From positions 50,967-114,966 of the forward strand of contig JAMDCK010000019.1 of assembly GCA_023488435.1 (NCBI GenBank): 64,000 nucleotides of DNA, given 5' to 3'. Shown in pieces: positions 57,605-64,000 of this stretch. How positions within the stretch are numbered: position 1 is the stretch's first letter; each line of letters opens with the position of its first letter. The notes beneath the pieces are model-generated. The model was given only the letters and a program-made list of their open reading frames with translations, had not been told where the DNA came from and did no database searches. A program made the position numbers and the translations under genes. This DNA is from Actinomycetota bacterium. Its GTDB lineage: Bacteria > Actinomycetota > Coriobacteriia > Anaerosomatales > UBA912.

Positions 57605-58147
57605 TCATCTCTTGAACGGAAACGCGAATGCGGACATCAGTGTCTTTGCTTCTTCATCCGACTTCGCAGATGTCACGAAAGTGATGTCCATTCCGCGAAT
57701 TTTGTCGATTTTGTCGTAATCGATCTCGGGAAAGACCAACTGCTCAGTCAGTCCCATGGAGTAGTTCCCTCGCCCATCGAACGACTTCGGATTCAAGCCA
57801 CGGAAGTCCCTGACTCGGGGAATCGCCATCGTAATGAGCCTGTCGAAAAACTCCCACATCCTTGCGCCACGGAGAGTGACCTTTACCCCGATGGGCATTC
57901 CTTGCCTGATCTTGAATCCGGCTATCGACTTCCTGGCACGAGCCACCATCGGCTTCTGCCCAGAGATGATGGTCAGATCGACCATCGCCGCATCAAGGGC
58001 TTTGGCATCCTGAGCAGCCTCTCCTACGCCCATGTTGATGACGATCTTCTCCAGCCTCGGGACCTGATGGACGTTGGTGTAACCTAGCTCTTGCATGAGC
58101 TTCGGCGCCACCTCGTCGCGATACTTGGTCTTGAACCTCGGTTCCAT
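57605..58147 (-). CDS. rplE: 50S ribosomal protein L5
   Basis: [33 protein letters not shown]. Confidence 0.97.
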   Translation of the reverse strand: MEPRFKTKYRDEVAPKLMQELGYTNVHQVPRLEKIVINMGVGEAAQDAKALDAAMVDLTIISGQKPMVARARKSIAGFKIRQGMPIGVKVTLRGARMWEFFDRLITMAIPRVRDFRGLNPKSFDGRGNYSMGLTEQLVFPEIDYDKIDKIRGMDITFVTSAKSDEEAKTLMSAFAFPFKR

Positions 58148-58220
58148 CTACTGCTACCTCCATACGATGTTCTCGGCACCGGATTTCCGACCCGGTACCC
58201 TTCCATTAGGGCTTCTCGCC

Positions 58221-58544
58221 CTACTTGTCGATATCTGCTCCGCACTTCTTGCAGACTCGAATCCTCTTTCCGTCGGTGCGACGGCGAGAAACCCTCGTCG
58301 GCTTGGAACAACCTGGGCAGATGAGCATGACGTTGCTCACGTGGATTGTTCCTTCAATCTCAAGGATTCCGCCTTGCTGCTGCGTCCTTGTGGGTCGGCG
58401 ATGCTTCTTTATCATGTTGACGTGCTCTACGACCAAGCGCTGCTTGGTGGGGTCGGCACTGAGGACTCGACTTTCCTTGCCCTTGTCCTTCCCTGCTAGA
58501 ACTATGACTTTGTCGCCCTTGCGAACGAACATCGAACTCGACAT
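58221..58544 (-). CDS. rplX: 50S ribosomal protein L24
   Basis: VRKGDKVIVLAGKDKGKE. KOW motif. The C-terminal part carries CPGC...CKKC. Confidence 0.96.
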   Translation of the reverse strand: MSSSMFVRKGDKVIVLAGKDKGKESRVLSADPTKQRLVVEHVNMIKKHRRPTRTQQQGGILEIEGTIHVSNVMLICPGCSKPTRVSRRRTDGKRIRVCKKCGADIDK

Positions 58545-58557
58545 TGACTACCGCCTC

Positions 58558-58926
58558 CTATATGACCTCTGGGGCGAGTGATGCGATCTTCATATAGCGT
58601 CTGTCGCGCAACTCTCTTGCGACAGGGCCGAAGACACGAGTGCCCCTCGGGTTACCTTGCTGGTCGATGATGACTGCAGCGTTCTCATCGAACTTGATGT
58701 AGCTGCCATCCTTGCGTCTAATCTCTTTCTTGGTTCTAACTATCACCGCTCGCACGACATCGCCCTTCTTCACGTTGCCGTGGGGCAATGCCTCCTTGAC
58801 CGAGCACACTATGACGTCTCCGACATAAGCGTACCGGCGCTTGGATCCGCCTAGGACCTTGATGCAGGCGATCTTACGAGCGCCCGAGTTATCGGCTACT
58901 TTCAGCCGGGTCTCTGCCTGAATCAT
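58558..58926 (-). CDS. rplN: 50S ribosomal protein L14
   Basis: [28 protein letters not shown]. Confidence 0.98.
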   Translation of the reverse strand: MIQAETRLKVADNSGARKIACIKVLGGSKRRYAYVGDVIVCSVKEALPHGNVKKGDVVRAVIVRTKKEIRRKDGSYIKFDENAAVIIDQQGNPRGTRVFGPVARELRDRRYMKIASLAPEVI

Positions 58927-59001
58927 CTCAAATTCCTCCGAAGTAAAGGGTTCGCCTCGGCGACTGCCAGCAGTAGAGCCGGACAGTGCTCTGGCAAGGG
59001 G

Positions 59002-59262
59002 TTACCTGGCCTTCTCTACGATCTCTACCAAACGCCATCTCTTGAGCTTCGAGAGCGGCCTCGTCTCCATGATCAAGACAGTGTCACCCACCTGGCATTC
59101 ATTGTTCTCGTCATGAGTGTGGTATTTGCGGCTACGAGTGATCATCTTGCCATACAGCGGATGACTCTTCCTGTCATCGATGCTCACAACACAGGTCTTG
59201 TCACCTGACGCCGAGACTACTACACCCTGCCGAACCTTGCGGCTATTGCGCTTCTCAGTCAC
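59002..59262 (-). CDS. rpsQ: 30S ribosomal protein S17
   Basis: [16 protein letters not shown]...HPLYGK...KYHTHDENN. Confidence 0.97.
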   Translation of the reverse strand: MTEKRNSRKVRQGVVVSASGDKTCVVSIDDRKSHPLYGKMITRSRKYHTHDENNECQVGDTVLIMETRPLSKLKRWRLVEIVEKAR

Positions 59263-59280
59263 TTTTCCTCCACCGTATCC

Positions 59281-59514
59281 TTACGACGCTGCGCCTTCGC
59301 GCAACACCTTGAGCTCTCGCATCCGCAATGCTGTATGCAGACGGGCGATATCCTTCTTGACGCTCTTGATCCTTGCCGGATTATCAAGACGTCCGGTAGC
59401 CAGCTGGAACCTCAGGTTGAACAGCTCGGTCCGGGCTTCCTTGATCTTCTCGGAGACCTCTGAGTCCGACAGTTTTGCTATCTCTGCGACCTTCATCTTA
59501 TCCTTCACCGCCAC
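59281..59514 (-). CDS. rpmC: 50S ribosomal protein L29
   Basis: [27 protein letters not shown]. The start is either 59514 or the ATG at 59496. Confidence 0.95.
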   Translation of the reverse strand: MAVKDKMKVAEIAKLSDSEVSEKIKEARTELFNLRFQLATGRLDNPARIKSVKKDIARLHTALRMRELKVLREGAAS

Positions 59515-59923
59515 TATCTACTCGCGAGACAAACTTCGTCTTGATTGGAAGCTTGTGTCGCGCCAGTCGAATCGCTTCCCTGGCAATCTCCTCTGAGACG
59601 CCGGATAGCTCGAACATGACCCTTCCCGGTTTGACCACAGCGACCCATTTCTCAGGGTTACCCTTTCCCGATCCCATCCTGGTCTCGGCGGGCTTCTGAG
59701 TAATCGGCTTGTCTGGGAAGATGTTGATCCAAACCTTCCCACCACGCTTCATATAACGAGTCATTGCAATACGTGCGGACTCAATCTGGCGGTTCGTAAT
59801 CCACCCTGCCTCCAGGGCCTTGATCCCGAAGTCACCAAAATTTACCTCGGTGCCGCCTTTTGCCTGACCTTTTCTCGAACCGCGCATCACCTTGCGGTGT
59901 TTTACCCTTTTAGGGACTAGCAT
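59498..59923 (-). CDS. rplP: 50S ribosomal protein L16
   Basis: [22 protein letters not shown]. Confidence 0.98.
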   Translation of the reverse strand: MLVPKRVKHRKVMRGSRKGQAKGGTEVNFGDFGIKALEAGWITNRQIESARIAMTRYMKRGGKVWINIFPDKPITQKPAETRMGSGKGNPEKWVAVVKPGRVMFELSGVSEEIAREAIRLARHKLPIKTKFVSRVDSGGEG

Positions 59924-59935
59924 CTACAGCCTCCT

Positions 59936-60628
59936 TCAGTTCGCGCCACGACGCGGCCGGGAAGGAGCCTCACGCTCTTCCATGGCAGCCTTCGGACTCG
60001 TTCCTGGCAGGACCTCGCCGCGATAGACCCACACCTTCACTCCGATGACACCCATAGTGGTGTGCGCTTCGGCGAGGCCATAGTCGATCTTGGCTCTCAG
60101 TGTGTGGAGCGGGACGCGACCCTCTCGGTACCATTCACGGCGACTCATCTCAGCGCCACCCAAGCGACCAGAGCACTGGACCCGAACTCCAAGGGCACCA
60201 CCCTTCATCGCCGAGGTAACCGCCTTGCGCATCGCACGACGGAAAGCGACACGGCCTTCGAGCTGTTCGGCCACTCCCTGGGCGATCAGTGTCGCGTCCA
60301 GCTCCGGGCGCTTGATCTCAACGATGTTCACGCTCACTGGACCGCCGGCAATCTTCTCGAGCTCCTTGCGCAAAACATCGACCTCGGCGCCCTTCTTGCC
60401 GATGACGATTCCGGGCCTAGCTGTCCACAGAGTGACTGCAACCTTATCACCCTTGCGCTCAATCTCGACTCGCGAAACGGCGGCCTTGCGGAGGCGCTTT
60501 AGGACAGCTTTACGGATCAGGAGATCCTTAGCCAGCAAGTCGCTGTAGCCCTTACCTGCATACCAGCGAGAACGCCAGTCTTCTGTGATCCCTAGTCGAA
60601 TCCCTATCGGATAGACTTTCTGCCCCAT
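59936..60628 (-). CDS. rpsC: 30S ribosomal protein S3
   Basis: [24 protein letters not shown], with a KH domain. Confidence 0.98.
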   Translation of the reverse strand: MGQKVYPIGIRLGITEDWRSRWYAGKGYSDLLAKDLLIRKAVLKRLRKAAVSRVEIERKGDKVAVTLWTARPGIVIGKKGAEVDVLRKELEKIAGGPVSVNIVEIKRPELDATLIAQGVAEQLEGRVAFRRAMRKAVTSAMKGGALGVRVQCSGRLGGAEMSRREWYREGRVPLHTLRAKIDYGLAEAHTTMGVIGVKVWVYRGEVLPGTSPKAAMEEREAPSRPRRGAN

Positions 60629-60631
60629 GGT

Positions 60632-60973
60632 CTACGCCTCCCTTCCTTGCTTAAGAACGATCGTGATATGACTGGTGCGCTTGTTGATACGGAACGCGCG
60701 ACCTTGTGCCCGTGGGCTCACCCTTTTCAGAGTCGGGCCTTCGTCGACGAAGGTAGTCGCGACAAAAAGATTGTCCGACTTGATTCTCAGGTTCTTCTCT
60801 GCGTTTGCCACAGCGCTGTTAAGTACCTTCTCAACAGTTTCGGCAGCCGCCCTGGGGGTGAACTTGAGAATCGTGGAAGCCTCTGCAACGGACTTTCCTC
60901 TGATGAGATCCACCACAAGGCGAGCCTTGCGAGGACTTACCCGCACATAGCGTGCTGTTGCTTTCGCTTCCAT
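60632..60973 (-). CDS. rplV: 50S ribosomal protein L22
   Basis: [27 protein letters not shown]. Confidence 0.97.
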   Translation of the reverse strand: MEAKATARYVRVSPRKARLVVDLIRGKSVAEASTILKFTPRAAAETVEKVLNSAVANAEKNLRIKSDNLFVATTFVDEGPTLKRVSPRAQGRAFRINKRTSHITIVLKQGREA

Positions 60974-60977
60974 CTAC

Positions 60978-61253
60978 CTACCTCTTGCCTTTCTTGTCGG
61001 CGGCATGTCCGCGGAAAGTGCGGGTCGGAGAGAACTCTCCGAGCTTGTGGCCGACCATCGACTCAGTGACGTAAACCGGGACGTGCTTGCGGCCATCGTG
61101 CACCGCAATGGTGTGTCCAACCATCTCCGGGAAGATAGTCGACGCCCGCGACCATGTCTTTACAACCTTCTTCTCGCCCGCCTCGTTCATCGCGTGTATG
61201 CGTGCCAGTAACCTGGGCTGAACGAAAGGACCTTTCTTGAGACTCCTGCTCAT
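60978..61253 (-). CDS. rpsS: 30S ribosomal protein S19
   Basis: [11 protein letters not shown]...[23 protein letters not shown]. Confidence 0.98.
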   Translation of the reverse strand: MSRSLKKGPFVQPRLLARIHAMNEAGEKKVVKTWSRASTIFPEMVGHTIAVHDGRKHVPVYVTESMVGHKLGEFSPTRTFRGHAADKKGKR

Positions 61254-61282
61254 AGTTATCTATCAGCTCCCTTGCCTGATCG

Positions 61283-62113
61283 CTACTTCTTGCGACGCCT
61301 GATGATGAGACGGTCGGATGCCTTGTTCTTGGATCTTGTGCGATGTCCCTTGGTGGGAACACCCCACGGGGTGACCGGATGACGCCCAGCGGTCTTGTTC
61401 TTACCTTCGCCTCCACCGTGCGGATGGTCGACCGGGTTCATGGCAGTACCACGGACGCTAGGACGGATTCCCTTCCAGCGAGCACGCCCGGCCTTACCGA
61501 TGGTAATGTTCCCATGATCGGAATTTCCGACCTCGCCGACTGTGGCCTTGCATATCGAAAGAACCCTGCGCATCTCACTCGAGGGCATCCGCAAGATCGC
61601 GTAGTCGCCCTCCTTGCCCATTAGTTGGATCGAAGTGCCTGCCGAACGAGCCATCGATGCACCCTTCCCCGGGTGTAGCTCTACAGCATGAACGACTGTA
61701 CCCGTGGGAATATCCTTGAGGCGCAGTGCGTTGCCCGGCTTGATATCGGCATCCGGACCGCTCAGGATCTCGGCTCCGACTTTCAATCCCTTCGGCGCAA
61801 GGATGTAGCGCTTCTCTCCATCAGCATAGTGGAGCAGCGCGATACGAGCGGATCTGTTGGGATCGTACTCGATCGATGCAACGCGGGCTGGGATGTTGTC
61901 CTTATCACGCTTGAAGTCTATGCGGCGATAACGCCTCTTGTGTCCGCCGCCCTGATGGCGCGTGGTAATCCGGCCATAGTTGTTCCTGCCACCCTTGCGG
62001 TGCAACGGCTCCAGTAGCGACTTCTCAGGCTCGCTCCTAGTGATCTCGGCAAAATCCGAGACCGACTGGAATCTGCGGCCAGGCGATGTCGGTTTGTACT
62101 TCTTGATTCCCAT
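61283..62113 (-). CDS. rplB: 50S ribosomal protein L2
   Basis: [15 protein letters not shown]...GGGHKRRYR...HPHGGGEG. The ATG at 62113 matches the family N-terminus. The track start at 62221 is over-extended. Confidence 0.97.
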   Translation of the reverse strand: MGIKKYKPTSPGRRFQSVSDFAEITRSEPEKSLLEPLHRKGGRNNYGRITTRHQGGGHKRRYRRIDFKRDKDNIPARVASIEYDPNRSARIALLHYADGEKRYILAPKGLKVGAEILSGPDADIKPGNALRLKDIPTGTVVHAVELHPGKGASMARSAGTSIQLMGKEGDYAILRMPSSEMRRVLSICKATVGEVGNSDHGNITIGKAGRARWKGIRPSVRGTAMNPVDHPHGGGEGKNKTAGRHPVTPWGVPTKGHRTRSKNKASDRLIIRRRKK

Positions 62114-62249
62114 CGATTCTCCTTCCAAACCCATCGGCCTTTCGCCTTTGGGTGAATCGCACATCCTTGTCCTAAGGGGGTTCTGTCTACCACGGTGCCG
62201 GGTGGCTCTATCGAAGAGCACCTACGACAAATGTCGCTCCGGCAGGTTC

Positions 62250-62528
62250 CTAGAACAACTCGATCGAATCGCCTTCCTTCAGGGTCACTACGGCCTTCTT
62301 CCAGCTCCGAGTGAGTCCCTTGCGATTCCTCAACCGCTTGGGCTTTCCGGACACGTTCATAGTATTCACGTTGATTACGGTGACTCCGAATATCTCGGAC
62401 ACCGCATCCGCGATCTGCGGCTTCGACGCAGTCTTAGCGACCTCGAAAGTATAGCGGTTCATTGAGGCCATCTCATATGCCTTCTCAGAAGCTATCGGCC
62501 TTATGACTACCGAGCGTGCATCTGCCAT
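62250..62528 (-). CDS. rplW: 50S ribosomal protein L23
   Basis: MADARSVVIRPIASEKAYEM. The ATG at 62528 shares 1 nt with the rplD stop (TAATG). Confidence 0.95.
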   Translation of the reverse strand: MADARSVVIRPIASEKAYEMASMNRYTFEVAKTASKPQIADAVSEIFGVTVINVNTMNVSGKPKRLRNRKGLTRSWKKAVVTLKEGDSIELF

Positions 62529-63151
62529 TACACAAGCACCCCCTCTAGCCATGTCACAGCGGCGCTGGTCATCAGCACATGGTTGTTGTTCACGAGGTCA
62601 TAGGTGTTGGAATCACTGACGGCGATCACGCGCACCTTGGGGATGTTGCGGAACGAAAGCATTGCGTCGATATCGTCATTGGCTACGACGACTGTCACGC
62701 GACCTTCGATCTGGAGTTTGGCCAATATTTCAGTGGCTCGCTTCGTCGAAGGTTCGGTAAATGCCAGATCATCAACGATGTGCAGCACGCCCTCCGCCGC
62801 TTTCGCAGACAGCGCGCTTCTCATCGCCAACTTGACGACCTTGTTGGGAACACTGAATCCATGTGCGCGGGGAGTCGGGCCGAAGACCACTCCGCCGCCC
62901 TTCCACTGGGGAGCCCTGATGGTTCCCTGCCGAGCGCGGCCGGTGCCCTTCTGACGCCATGGTTTGGCGCCGCCACCCGATACCTCACTGCGGCCTTTGG
63001 AGCTGTGGGTCCCGGCACGCTGACCGGCAAGTTGGCTCCTTACGACCTGGTGCATCGCAAAGGTATGCGGCTCGATAGCGAAGACGCTATCTGCGACTTC
63101 ACGCTCACCGAGTTTCTTTCCTGCTGTATCTTTGATATCTATCGTTGCCAT
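62528..63151 (-). CDS. rplD: 50S ribosomal protein L4
   Basis: GGGAKPWRQKGTGRARQGTIRAPQWKGGGVVFGP. Confidence 0.97.
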   Translation of the reverse strand: MATIDIKDTAGKKLGEREVADSVFAIEPHTFAMHQVVRSQLAGQRAGTHSSKGRSEVSGGGAKPWRQKGTGRARQGTIRAPQWKGGGVVFGPTPRAHGFSVPNKVVKLAMRSALSAKAAEGVLHIVDDLAFTEPSTKRATEILAKLQIEGRVTVVVANDDIDAMLSFRNIPKVRVIAVSDSNTYDLVNNNHVLMTSAAVTWLEGVLV

Positions 63152-63206
63152 TTTGTTGTTGCTCCTCGAATCACACTACATCGATCAAGTACCGTGACCT
63201 GCCCGG

Positions 63207-63827
63207 TCACGCCTTGCGAATCGTCAATAAAGCACCTTTGCCACCGGGAACAGCACCTCTGACCATGAGCAGATTCTGCTCGGTGTCCACGCGGACGATC
63301 TCCAGGTTCCTGACCGTGACCTTCTCGTTGCCCATCTGGCCCGGCATCTTAGTGCCTTTGAGTACGCGGGCCGGGGTGGCGCACATTCCGATCGCCCCTG
63401 GGGCGCGGTGGAAGTGCGAGCCGTGACCACCAGGACCGCCTCGGAAGTTATGGCGCTTCATAACACCGGCGAAGCCCTTACCCTTACTCACGCCGTTGAT
63501 GTGAACTTTGGTGCCTACCTCAAACCCTTCGACGGTCAGAACGTCACCGGACTTGACCGAATGGTCGTCCTCCAGGCGAACTTCCGACAGATGCCGCTTA
63601 GGAGTGACGCCGGCCTTGTCGAAGTGCCCCTTGGTCGGCCTGTTGACCTTGGACTCCTTGACGTCACCGAAGGCGATCTGAGCCGCCGAATAGCCATCTC
63701 TCTTGAGCGATTTCACCTGCGTGACCACACATGGGCCAGCTTCAATGACTGTGACCGGGATGATTTTGTCATCCTCGCTCCACAGCTGGGTCATCCCCAG
63801 CTTCCTTCCAAGAATCGTTTCTATCAC
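63207..63827 (-). CDS. rplC: 50S ribosomal protein L3
   Basis: ILGRKLGMTQLW...GKGFAGVMKRHNF.GGPGGHGS. Confidence 0.97.
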   Translation of the reverse strand: MIETILGRKLGMTQLWSEDDKIIPVTVIEAGPCVVTQVKSLKRDGYSAAQIAFGDVKESKVNRPTKGHFDKAGVTPKRHLSEVRLEDDHSVKSGDVLTVEGFEVGTKVHINGVSKGKGFAGVMKRHNFRGGPGGHGSHFHRAPGAIGMCATPARVLKGTKMPGQMGNEKVTVRNLEIVRVDTEQNLLMVRGAVPGGKGALLTIRKA

Positions 63828-63925
63828 CGAACTACTCCACTTCTTTCATCAGTCTTGGCGCCTCGGGCGCGTCCCATACGCGCATGTGCCAGCGGACTGA
63901 ACGGTCAACTTCTTACAATGCTGCC

Positions 63926-64000
63926 CTACAGTTTGATCTCGATATCGACACCCGCGGGCAAGTCGAGTCTCATCAATGAGTCGACGGTCTTAGGGGTCGG
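63926..64000 (-). CDS. rpsJ: 30S ribosomal protein S10 (C-terminal end only; gene continues beyond the window)
   Basis: Reverse translation gives ...PTPKTVDSLMRLDLPAGVDIEIKL followed by a stop. It sits in the conserved position upstream of rplC. Confidence 0.85.
   Translation of the reverse strand, partial: PTPKTVDSLMRLDLPAGVDIEIKL

Overview
This 64-kb, high-GC window is core chromosome, transcribed almost entirely on the minus strand. I found no CRISPR arrays, transposases, integrases, rRNA or tRNA genes.

The gene order matches the actinobacterial backbone known from Mycobacterium. Running from high to low coordinates it is: S10/spc/alpha ribosomal operons, rplQ, truA, rplM-rpsI-glmM, glmS, alr, tsaE-tsaB-rimI-tsaD, groES-groEL, guaB3-guaA. 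An ECF transporter module (ecfA1-ecfA2-ecfT) sits between rplQ and truA. This suggests a Coriobacteriia-like or other deep-branching anaerobic actinobacterium, but that is inference only.

Two multi-gene blocks interrupt the backbone:
- A four-gene multihaem respiratory module lies between truA and rplM (40482-45120). It encodes a trihaem cytochrome c, an NrfC-like 4x[4Fe-4S] Tat protein, an NrfD-like membrane subunit and an octahaem NrfA-like reductase with a CXXCK haem. This is the most interesting candidate in the window.
- A complete nine-gene V/A-type ATPase operon in the order G-I-K-E-C-F-A-B-D lies between alr and the tsa operon (22885-31536).

Other notable items:
- a clear glmS ribozyme upstream of glmS
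- a CIRCE operator with a near-consensus promoter upstream of groES
- Pho-box-like repeats between pstS and a PhoPR-like two-component system
- a RimI-TsaD fusion ORF
- a secreted amidase with three CWB2 cell-wall-binding repeats
- rpmJ, which the ORF track misses because it is short
- a partial pstS at the 5' edge and a partial rpsJ at the 3' edge

All calls come from reading the translations and motifs by eye. No database searches were run. Many ORF-track N-termini are over-extended, and I trimmed them to starts supported by Shine-Dalgarno sequences, stop/start overlaps or family N-termini.
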